Position numbers and translations under genes: made by a program. From contig DF237439.1 of assembly GCA_000708835.1 (NCBI GenBank), forward strand, positions 1-64,000: a stretch of 64,000 nt of DNA. Direction: 5' to 3'. Positions 19,574 to 31,333 of the stretch are shown here, one piece after another (position 1 is the stretch's first letter; every line of letters begins with the position of its first letter). Under the pieces are notes generated by a model, which saw nothing but the letters and a program-made list of their open reading frames with translations, did no database searches and had not been told where the DNA came from. Source of the DNA: Klebsormidium nitens. Lineage: Eukaryota; Plantae; Klebsormidiophyceae.

Positions 19574-19733
19574 GGTAGAGCGGAAGGGGCCCTGAACATT
19601 GAGCGCATCGTTGGTCCCGTCGAAGTAGATGCTCGCGGTGCACTGCTGTTCGAAGTCGGGGTTAGGCGCTGCGTAGAAGCAGAGCCCGTTGAAGTGGCCG
19701 ATACTGTTGCCCGACAGGTCCGTCAGGCCAGCG
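19574..19733 (-). CDS. Host exon with dirigent/allene-oxide-cyclase-like beta-barrel resemblance; other exons unresolved
   Basis: Branch point actaac, pyrimidine tract and CAG acceptor, GTGAG donor; reads AGLTDLSGNSIGHFNGLCFYAAPNPDFEQQCTASIYFDGTNDALNVQGPFRST. Confidence 0.45.
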
Positions 19734-22579
19734 CTGGGTTACGAAGAGAAAAACGGGTTAGTCGAGGTCAGCAACAGGGTCAGCAAACGAGGGGAAAACA
19801 AGTTTTGGGAACGATTGAGCTTAGTTTGCGAAGTACGATTAGAAGCACTGAGCCCGTTGGCGTTGCCGATGGTTTTGCCGGACAAGTGCGTCAGACCAGC
19901 GCTGGGTTACGAAGAGAAAAAATGGGTTAGTCGAGGTCAGCAACAGGGTTAGGACACGGGGTTAAATGTGTATGGAAACGAGCCTTATTTGCGGAGAAGT
20001 ATGGTTAAAGAGGTAGAGTCCGCTGGCGTGGCCGATAGTCGTACCGAACAGATCCGTTAAGCGCGGGTTTGCCAAGGGTTTTGAGTGTTCAGACAGGGTT
20101 AGTGAATATCAATCAAGGAAGGGAACGCGTCGACCTTGACTAGCGGTGATTATATCTTCAAGTAGAAAGTGGTTGACCATGACAGTCAGCCATGGCGAGC
20201 TAAAATTGATTCCTCTTGTAGCAGCGATCCAGAGGTGTCATACTGACATCCGATTCCGTGTTCCAAGTGTAAACCTGACGCCCATTGTTGACTTTTGTGT
20301 CCGCAGAAAGAGCTTGAACCGCTTTCCAAACTGGACCCTCGAAGTCTGAGTTCACGCCTATTGAACGGGCACAATTTCGAGCTTTCCCAAGCGATCGTAT
20401 CTTCTTTTAGATTCCTCTTCTGTCGGTTGTCCACGTGGCTCGTGAACCAAAAGAGATGACGAATGCCCAGCTGATGTTACGCGTGCGATCCTGGAGAATT
20501 CGATCATCGCGCAAATGGGCGCCGGTTGAAACAAACCTTCAACAACGCCCATCCGAAGCGGCACTCTGATTTCTACCGGGCTACTGCAGCCGTGCCTTGT
20601 GAGGTACCCCATTGTGAAAAGCGAAGGGCCCAACAAAACCTCATCGTTCAGTCATTTGTTCGTTAGGTTTTCTATTCATTTCTTCCTCTGTTTGTTGAAT
20701 GGTCATGTTTGGGATGCCTTTGAATGGTCATGCTTTAACCGCGGCAGCCTGCTCACCGGAAATAGGTGATGTCACCAAACTTGCTACCAGTGTTGGGCTG
20801 AGGGCCCAGCGATCCGTTGCTGACGTCAACCAGCTCCAGAATGGACAGGGTCGGCTGCGAATAAAATTCGATTCTTGCTGTTAGTCAAACGAACAACTTC
20901 GAAATCAACGAGTAAATTGCTTGAAACGAGGACCCAGGGGCGTTTTTGATCTGCATCTACATGACCAATGCACTTTCTGATGTGACGCCGCTCCTTTTGA
21001 CTGTAGAAAATAAGCCTTAGAGCTAGTGAAAGTTCCAGTGGATATTCACACGCAACTTTTGGATCTGAAGACGCAGGCCTCACAATCGAGCGTCGCAGTT
21101 TCCCGCAATGGGAAGCTGCAGTGTCTCCGATTAAGCTACATAGGGTCAGATACAGTCAGGAAACTGCCAACCCCTTCGAGTCATTCTCATTATCATCCCT
21201 TCAGCGTTCCCCTTCTGAGAAAAGTGCGGTTCCGAGTATATCAAACGGCCCCTACATTAGCCGGACCCCTCTCGAGCGCTTCACTGGTCTTTTCAAACCC
21301 GAGAATCACATCAATTTGGAAGTTGGGCTTAAATAGAACGTTTACCCTCCGTGACCAATAGCCGACCCACCGTTTCGCACGTATATCAAAGAATGTCTAA
21401 TGATTCCCTTCTAGCGTATGACTCACTTTCCAAGCCGCCTAGCCTGAGCTTCTATATTGAGTGACCGTATCAGAGTCAGCCAAGGATATCGACGTACTGT
21501 GACTAGTTATGTTACGGTGTTATCATTTGAACTACGTAAATGAGCGCCACATATCAAAATATTCAATCTGAAGGGCCGCGTGCGCGTTTATTTGCGGTTG
21601 CATGGCCGGGGGATGGAACACAATTAAAGCTAGTATAGACACGCTGCATGCCGGAATTGATCGTGCATGTCGAGTCGTTTCGAGTCATTCCGATCGAGTA
21701 ACTGTGTGCCGTGAGTTGTGTGCTCTGATTGTGTCGGATTGTGATCCGATGATCGGATCCCGCCCACACGAATCGCGGCAGCCCGCCCACAGCAATCGAT
21801 CATTGAACCCGCACATTTATTGTAGCATGGTAGATGCAGACCCAACCGTCGACTTGTCATAGCCTGAGAGTCCTATGAGGCTACGACTATTAGCCAGACA
21901 AAGAGGCGCAACAATCAATCATATTGATTGACTGATGCAATGAGGTGTAGTACAAAATGATCGATCACAGTCACGAAGTCAAGTATAAAAACGTTTTATC
22001 AGCAGCGCTGCCGCTGTTGATGAAATCGATGGTTACTCGCAATCAATTATGTCTGCTGCAAACAAATCGCAGAATTCTACCGACCACTTGCATCTGTCTC
22101 AAAACAAATTTACCTTCTTCAAGCTCACCCCACTATGTTAACTTTGCACAGCCTTACCAGTAATGGGTACCACTGAGATCTGCATATATGGCCGTCGACA
22201 GTCTACTGTACTTACTAACCTCGCTTTGACGAAACCTGCCTACCACAATGTTTGAATCTTACGACACGTGTTCTTGCATGTCTGCAGCAAATTTAGCGAT
22301 GGTCCAACACCTCTATTGCTCCGATTGTGGCACTAAAAGCTACGTCATTTTTGCCCACGCACTCGACCTATACCACGTTTATATCGGCCCTGAGGAACCA
22401 AGTATGCTGTGCAATGCTTCTTATCCCCAAGCTACTGTAGTCACACGCTTATATATTCACACTATTATGTACGATATTAAAAATCCACTACTCGCCGAAC
22501 CGCCCACGTTTCTACCGCCCAAGTTTGAATTACATACATCGGAACAATATGTACACGCGCGCTCTAGTAAACGAAGTGA

Positions 22580-25500
22580 TCAGATGCCCAAGTCCATCCC
22601 CTCCCGGACGCCGCTCAGATTGACCCCTTCCAGCACCGCCTGGTCTTCACTCAGGATCCGTTGGACGGAGTACTTGAATACCGGGTCCATGATTGGCAGA
22701 GTGCCGAAGTTGCGGAGCAACTGCACAAAGTGGGCAGGACTTAAACCAATGTGGGAAAGAAAGGGAAAGGAAAAAGGAGGGAAGCCAAGGGAGCCAGAGG
22801 AGCCCGTTTCAACACGTGGGACGGTCGGGTTCAGTTGCACCTGCTCCAAAAAGCGAGTCTCCTGTAATCATCTCAGATAGCACGCCCTACAATGCCCCGG
22901 GTAAATATTTGCACAAGTCATTATAGTTTCCCTTGTGAGATCGGGTCATCCGTCCTCATCAATCGAATGTACTTTCAATCGTCGATGAGTGCGCCTTTGA
23001 TCTGATGCCCCACTTCTGGCCTAAAGAAACCCCAGGAGACGTGGTTTAAGCGGCACACAAGCAGCAACTTCTCCTGCGCACTCAGCTCGAAATGCCGCCC
23101 AAACTCGTCAAGATCACTACAATGCATCTCCCTTCACCGACCGTTACCTTCCAGTCACCTCGAGCCAAGCTTCTCTAGCCAAGCTTCTCGCTTGTTCCAG
23201 AAGGATTGGCTTCTCGGGGACTCCAAAGACCTCAGTCAGTCTCTTCAAACAGTCTGATCTTGGACATTCACTCCACAAGCTCTGAAACCCCCTTTGAAGA
23301 TCAGAATCTAAAACAAACGCACCTGCCAAATGAGCCAGCTGCAATTCAAAATAGTTAACGTGGACTTCCACTTCTTAAAATCTCAAACATTTTCTCAAAG
23401 CCGCGAACTATGACGACATCTTCGCAACGCACCTGCCAAATAAGCCGGCTGCTATTTTCGGACATGGGCACGACGTGCGTCAGCGTCTTCATGACCACAC
23501 GATCCCGCGAGTCGCCGACAGTGACCATGGCCGAGTAGGGCGGCGACCGCTCCATCTTGACCAGCACGCGGCCGTCGCCGAAAAAGGACGTGAACGGGTT
23601 GGTGCGGCTCATGCCGTACCTGGAGAGGCGGCGGAACATATCAGGACGGAACGCATCGGCCGGAACGGAATAAGTTTTGACGAATCCATGTGACATTGGA
23701 ACGTCAGGCAACAGACGGATAAAAACGGAACGAGCTAGACGGACGGAGTCGGCAGCAAGAAATTCGAGGTGGCGGCAGCAGGACCGATTCGCCGATTCAC
23801 TCCGACTGGAGGCACAGTACTTGCGAGTATCGGCGAGTATATAGGGAGTTGGGAGTTTGCTAAGCGTTCTGGAATGAGAACATTCAAAAGGGTGTTCCGT
23901 CGGATCGAGAGATTCCAGAGCATTGTTCCGAGCGTTGCTCCGTCTTGCACGATGCTGACCTGCTGTGGAGGCGGGATGAATGGAGGTAAAAAAGAAATGC
24001 GGCTAGACGAAGAAGAGGAGACCATCGAAAGAACTTCCCGCATCTCATTTCCTGTGGCGGCAAAGCTTAGCAGAGGAGATCAATAAGTCGAACAACGAGG
24101 GCCCAGAAGTTCTCACTCACGTTCTTTGAGCATTTCCCTTGCGTTCTTCGATGCCAAGCCGAAGCCATCCCTAGCACCTTACGCGCCAAGAAAAAGTAGC
24201 TCTAGAGCACCGATCCTTGGGCGCACTCACTCAAAGCAGATGGTGAAGTCATCGGGCCTCCACGTGCGGATAAGCTCCCCGCCCCCGAATGTCGTCTTGT
24301 GCACGTACGTCATGTGGTGCAGATCGAACGTGTTATCGACCACAGCTTTCGGCGCGGCAGCGATGTCGACATAACCGCCCATGGAGCGGAACCCCCCGAT
24401 GCCGAAGTGCTCGTTGAAGGGGGGCACATCGCCTGCTTCATCCGACCCCCCTTCCGTCTCCTGGCCGCTGTAGGCGTCGAGGAAGTTCTGCTCGGGGATG
24501 GGGGCCCCGAGGGCCTCGTGGAAGCCCCTCAGGAATGGCGCTAGATCGACCTGGCAATTTGAGAGCGCGAACATGATCAGTATAGGAAGGCTAAAGCGAA
24601 CAAGTGTGCGAGGCCAAACGAGGAAGCGCATCCTTTAAGGAAAGAATTAAGACAAGGCGCGAGGTCGACCTAGCAATAAGTGCGGAACTTTGACATCGCG
24701 GAAAGGCCAGAGCAAAGACAATGTGCGAGGCTGAAAGACGAGGGCGCGTTTGTTGATAAGATGCTTCCCAGAGTGGCGCAGGATCGACCTGGCAGAAAGT
24801 CTGCGAAATTCTAAAATCTCAGAGCTGGGACGTACCTCATCGGCGTCACTTTCCAGAAGATCGGTCGGAGTGAGGGGATCATCCTTCATCCACACCAGCC
24901 CATTCGCTTCCACCACCTGCAACAACATGGAACAACGAATCAGATCCCCTTTTCTTCTGACTGACTTTCCCGCTCCATTGTTTCCTTTCCGCGTATGCTC
25001 TCAGTCAACTTCATTGCCAATGCTTACTTTTACCCATTATTTCTATCCTGACAGCCCTCGACTTGCCTGAGCCGGTTGCTGTCAGCTCCGCACGACTACT
25101 GCGAACTTCGTCGTACCTTTCCCAAGAATCTGAATGCTGCTTGAGCGTTACCAACCGAATCAGAATCCGGCGAGAGCTTTTGCAGGAATCCTGACATTTG
25201 CGCGGTGCGAGTTTTCTGGGAAATGTTGAATTTACACGATCCAATTCAACACCCAAATTTCAGCACGAAATTGAGATTTTCGACTACTTGCTTGACTTGC
25301 CGATTAACCAAGCCTCGTGTGCTAATAGGTTGAGTTTCCGACCATGCATCGAGAACGCCACACAAAATGAAGGGCACAGGGAAAGGGTAGACAGAGAAAA
25401 AAACAGGCAGAAACAAACAGCAAAGCAGGCAAGGCCTTTCAGAGAAGATAGTTGCCGCTGCCTCACATTGAGGCTGTCCGTGAAGATGTTGGGTTTGTTG

Positions 25501-28355
25501 CAGCTGCCAGCGGCGTTGAACTCGAGGCCGTGGTACGGGCACTTGACGCACTTGCCCTCCTTTGCGGTGCCCACAAGCGAGCCCATCGATAGAGACGCGC
25601 CGCGGTGCGGGCACGCGTCGGGGACGGCGGCAACTTCATTTGGACGCGGACGCCACAGCACGTAGGTCTGGTCGTACACCTGACGTAAGAAGTGGACGGC
25701 ACAAATGAGCGCTTCGTATCATGAAACGACTAGCATTTGGTATGGGGATCTTATAGGGACGTCAGGAAGACCGGCGGCCTCATTTGGACGCGGACACAAA
25801 AGCACGTAGGTCTGATCGTACACCTGACGCACGAACTGAACGGTACAAATGAGCCCTTCGTATATCGGGACAATGAGCTTTTGAAATGGGGATTTCAGAA
25901 GGACGCGTGGCAGGAAGAACGCGACCTCATTCGGACGCGGACGCCAGAGCACGTAGGTCTGGTCGTAAACCTGGCATAAGAAAAGGACGGCACAAATGAG
26001 TCCTTCGTTTTCTGGAACAATTAGCATTTGGAACTGGGGATCTCAAAGGGACGTCAGGAAGGGCGGTGGCGCCATTTGGACCTGGACGCAAGAGCACGTA
26101 AGCCAGGTTGAGTCGTACACCTGGCTTAAGAAACGGAGGCAACTGAGCCCTTCATCTTGAAAAGGCTTCAGAACTTTGAACGGGGATCTTAGAGAAACGC
26201 GCGTCAGGGACAGTGGCGACCTCATTTTGACGGAAACGCATCAATCCGTAGGTCTGAACAGACTCCTGACGGTGGGGAAGGGGTATGATGACCGGCCTCA
26301 GGAAAGATCAAACCGAACGCAAAAACGAAGACAGGAAAAGGGAGAGATACAAATGCATCAAGTAATTATTTCTGACTGAACAGCCAAGCCGATCAAGCTA
26401 ACAAAGCTCTTCTTGACCAGATGAAGCCAGCAAATGCAACATCTTCGCTCTTCGGCATTGAACGTAGAGACAAATACAACAGCCCTCCGTGATGATCTGC
26501 CTTTCAATGAGACGGGCCAGCTTTTCGTCCAACCCCTTCGCTTTGTTTACCGTACCTTTACGCTGATGGGCTGGCTGGTGCTTAGCTGCGCTGAGAGCGC
26601 GAGCGGCACATAGATTGCCGCCTTCTTCCTGCGCTCTTTCGTAATGAAGTCCCACTCCTCTTGCAGGCTTTCGTCCTGCGGCGCATAGGTGGTGATCTCG
26701 TCCGATACGGAAGTCCCGACCTGGGGTAACGTGCTCAGAACGTAACGGAGTAGCGTGGGTATGGAGGGGATCTGGCTGGCGCTGGATGAGAGGGAGTCCG
26801 TCATGGGCTGGAAGCGGGCGGCTGCTGCGGCGACCACGGGGGCCAGGGCGGTCTGCAGCTGGTCGCCTGCAAAAGGAAGACGGGGACGACGTTAAGAAGA
26901 ACGCTCTGAGCAGAGGGATTTGTAGGTTCTAGTTTTTGAGAAGAGCAATTCGAAAGTTGGGGGCGGTTGCCAAAAGTGACTACCAGGTAAGGGTGATTTA
27001 AAACTGGTCGACATGTGAGACAGAAGAAGGAAAACGTCACGGACGGTCCTGACGTCCACAGTCGCTATACCATCAGCTCGTTCCTCGAACTTAAAAGAGA
27101 AGACAGATCAAAGAACGCCAGGCATTTGCTTGATCGAGTGCAGCAATGCATCCTAGAATTCAGATCCAACGATGCTATCTTTGCTGGCGCACCTGAAAGC
27201 GAACCTTCCACGGAGTTGAGCCCCTTTCCTAGTTGTTCCAAGACTTGGTGAATGATCCCCGTGATGCGCTTGTTGGTGCTGTCGCTGCTAGGAAGGGCGG
27301 CGCTGTTGCTTTGGAGAAGGACGCTCATGGCGGCCTCCAGCTCCTTCTTGTGCCGCAGCGCCACTGCGGGGTCGGGGTCTGCCCGGGATTCTTGGAGGAG
27401 GCGCTCCAGATTGCTGGCGAAAAGGAGGGAATAAATCAAGAGCAATTCCCTTCCCTCAAGATCTGAAACACCGATGATTCTGAGAAGACAAGTTTTGAAT
27501 CAGTCCGGTACTAGATTGTTTTGTAATGGCATGAGAGACTTAGCAGGTAACCGGTGTTCTAGATGATGAAGAGAGTTCAAATCAAGAACTGCAGTACCCT
27601 CTTTGAACGATCCATGCGCCACAAAGCAGTGTATTTGTTGACAAAGATATGGGATGATCAAGACCCCATCTGCGCGCATACAAGAGAAATCAACAGGGTC
27701 GCTGCAAATGTTCCCACTTTGCGACGCACAGCTTCAGCGTAAGCCTCTAACGTATGTATAAGACAACAGATGCGGATATGGAACCAGATCTACTTCAGGG
27801 TCACACAAACCAGCAGGAAACAATCCTGTCGTAGTTCTGATTGCAGCTCACCTGATGATGCTTTGCAGCTCTTGTTGGGATGGCGTCCTCGATGTAACCA
27901 GGGAGTTGGCCTTCTGGAGAATGCTTCGGATATCCTTGGTGTCCACCATGGTCTGGCAAAGAAGTCACATAGAGTAACCTTGGTTAAAGTGCCTAGTTAT
28001 TCTCCGGGTTTAGTGCCCTCCACGACAAATAATGAGACCAAGGATTATGCTGTTACTAATGCACTGATGACTTCAAAGAATCTTTAAGGAAAAATCCTTC
28101 ACTTGATGTGACAGGACTGAATGCGCCACGACAAACAAAAGCGGAAGGCGCCTGTCACATCCTGATCCTTTTGTCGACTAAGATCATTATCGGCTGCTCT
28201 CAAAAGCATTCGCGTGACTGGCGACTCACGATAGTCAAACCAAGCACACAGGCCGCCAAGATAGCCGCAGGATCCACAATTCCTTGCAGGAGTGCCGCCA
28301 TGAGGGCGCCTTGAAGGATTCCGTTCAACGAAACCAGTCCTTGCACGTCACGAAC
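22580..28355 (-). CDS. Rieske [2Fe-2S] non-heme iron oxygenase (PAO/TIC55/VanA-like superfamily), multi-exon; 5' end further upstream and unresolved
   Basis: Approximate exons 28355-28230, 27953-27855, 27413-27193, 26868-26554, 25679-25467, 24916-24836, 24551-24234, 23619-23432, 22723-22580. Rieske motifs CPHRGASLS and CPYHG; iron site DNTFDLHHMTYVH; LLRNF...ILSEDQAVLE. Splice phases agree where checked. Confidence 0.85.
25690..26270 (-). repeat. Four degenerate intronic copies of acceptor plus exon head of the Rieske exon
   Basis: Echo starts at 25823, 25970, 26120 and 26265 versus the true start at 25679; each retains CAG|G. Confidence 0.9.
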
Positions 28356-31333
28356 CTGTAACCAGAGTAAAGGCGACAGATATGTCAACTTTTGAGGAGA
28401 TCTAGAATTCTATTTGTTTTTCTAAATTGTACAAAGACCAGCGAGCACAATCAGTGTATTGGGAGAAAATAAGAAATGAAAGAACAATGATCCCCACGCT
28501 GAGCGTCGTATCAGATCAGCCAAGGTGGGCTGATTCTTGTGCCTGGAAAGTCTGTAAATGAAAAAACAGGCAGCACTACTCAGGGACAATCTCACGACAA
28601 TCTAATAATCTGGGGCACAGAGTCAAGAAGTGAGAGCTGCTAGCTTGTACACAAAGATCTGGCAGGCGTTAAAATCACTGAGTGGGGAGTCTGATCTGCT
28701 GCCAAACATCCCCAGAAACTACTGGATGGACATGCATAAGCATGGGGAAGAACCTGCTTGCTGGATGTGTAATTAATCACCAGTGAGAAGGCAACAGGGT
28801 AGGTCAAAGGAGGACTGATCGTGTTGTGTGACTTTCCCACATGTAGCTCAAAACTGATTTGCAAAGTGGAATTACTGCAATTTTTCAACAGCACCTTAGA
28901 AGCACACGAGGGAACAGATGACAACGTCAGCAAAAACTTTGATTCCAACTCAAAAAGAAGAAGCAGAGACTTCAATGACAATGCAAACTTGTTGCACCTG
29001 AAGTGTATCATTCCTGATCTGCTGAGCTGCCACAACTTTTGATCTGCTATGTTGACAACCATCCAGCAAAGATGAACTAGAGTGTAGCTTCAGCCATGGA
29101 TTGCTGATCATCCAATTTTGACCGGAATAAGAGGCTCACGTCCTACATGACTACTTGACAAAAGAAGTTTCTAAGATACAGCCAGAATCATGTTGCCTTC
29201 TCAAGCCAACCCACCTGTTTGCTGGCAGACTTCTCAGAAGGAACCATAGCTTCTTGATCTCTTTCCGATGGCCCATGCGCAGCGAGAGAGTGGTTGCCCC
29301 CCTCGGCAGAGTACTGCATTCTAGAAGTTCTCCTCCTACTTTCACATGCAGGATACGGAACTGCTCTGACCATACGCAGCTGATCTAGGCCCCTTGAAGG
29401 CCGAACGAAAGCCGAGGCCCCCGAAGACAATCGGCTGGAGCCAGAATATTTACACAAAGATTTAAATTGTGGGGTTGCTCCTTTGACCTGTCGATGGGGG
29501 TGGTGTGCCCTGTGGCCATCCCCCCAAGCAACTGCAGCAACCGTTCCGGTCAACAGGTGTCTATGCAAGCAGTTAACCGCGGCCATGTTCGCATCCACTC
29601 TTTGAAGATTTCAAATATGTACTAGGGATCAAAGTGACTGGCAAAATTGTTGGCCTGATCTGTGAGCGCCTGCATTAGCTCAAATCTAGTCCAAAGGACA
29701 AAACTCAAGCGGCGAAAAGCTCTCAATAGCTCTAAATGAAGAAGCGATGCTTCCTTTGTTGCCTTCGGCTGCTTTCAGCTGCTCTTGTATTGCAACACCT
29801 CAATCAACTAAAGCGTGGCAGCGTGCATGCACTTTCTTATTGTGTTTGAAGCTCTGTAGGTCAAACCAGCAAACATGCAGGCTCCTATCCTGCAAAACCC
29901 AAGGAACACGCCTTGTGTGAGGACCTCAAAAGGTTCCTTCAGCGTCCGTTCGTTCTGGAGATGGGCAAAGCGGTCTTGCTGCTTGGTGCATTGACCAGCA
30001 GTACGTCCGTGAAGGACTCTTCTGTCGCCTATGGCAGTGAAACCTGGACAGCACACACTCCTCTTTCCTGCAGCATGCAAGATCCCAAGTCTCCTCCCTC
30101 TTTCTTGCAAGTTTCGAACAGGGGTGTTTTGCTCGAAACCTCAAATCACCATTTTTGCGGCATTGCATGAATGTGGCATGCACCAGCTTGTACAAGGAAA
30201 CAACAAGTACTCTTTTGTCTCTTCCGCGTCATACGGTAAATCGAACGGTCTTGAAGCCTCTCTTTGACCAAACGGCGGCCATCGGCAGCCTGGCGCCAAC
30301 AACCTCTTACGTGGAGCTCTGGCAACCGCTTTCTGACACGATTGCTGACACACGCAAGCTCAAAAGTGAACCGCAGCCGGGCCGATACACAACAAAGTTC
30401 AAACAGCAACCGTCAGTACTTGGTATGGTACAGCTGCGGGATCGTGTACCGGCCATTGCCTGCATACGGTACGTACTGTCTGCATGGAGTGATCCCTTTG
30501 GCCGAGCGTTTGAAGGCGGCAAGCCGGTGCCTCAGGCAGCTAATAAGCGTAGGCGGGTACCTACTCCAGCTAGGTTCCGTTCCCGGCAAGAGATCTCTGG
30601 CGAGACCTCTAGAGATCGAGAGCACATAAACCTAGACAATCATTGTTAACTGCGCTTCATGATTCTAGAGGGTTGCAATTGCATGTAGCATCTGACAGCG
30701 CATGCAATCGATGTGGGGCGGGCAATATTAGAGCAGATTGTCAGGTGCCGCCTTGCCAATGCTGCCATGCATGTGAGCCCGGTACTTTTGCAAGCTAGCG
30801 AGCTGTTGTCATTGCATGAAAAATGGTCGCGCGAGCGCTCATTCAATGTTGAGCAGTGCAACATGACGTTCGATGGAAACGACAGTTGTCTTGTGCAAGC
30901 ATATGCTAAGGAGGGCGGCTTGTGAATGTAGAATCTGCCACCTGCTGTCGCCAACTCAATGAGTCTCCGAGGCTCTCAGCACGACTTGATGCAAGACGGA
31001 TATCTGAGCTTGTGGAATGTATAGCATTAACCTATCAACCTCAATGCAAAGGGTACTTCACCGTTTTGCTCTCAGTGAATCCAGTCAAAAAACTGGATGG
31101 CTTCCCTAGCTGGTTAAAAAGGAAGTCTCGAGATTTGGAATGATTGGAGTGCACTTACATTGCAACGATGAAGAGAATGGCAGTCAAGAGAACATACTCC
31201 AACGATTATATACATACCCGGAGTCCCCAGTCAAGCACCATGATGGCGGGTTGAGTGAGCTGTCGTTGATTGCAACCGATATTGTCCAGACTGTCTCTGC
31301 CTTTACCACTGATGAAAACAATGCAACGTCAGC

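Noticed and set aside
21743-21759. 17-bp palindrome gatccgat-g-atcggatc
   Set aside because: Isolated and short; no associated feature.
22248-22880. 210-aa plus-strand ORF
   Set aside because: It overlaps the last Rieske exon in antisense and has no recognisable motif.
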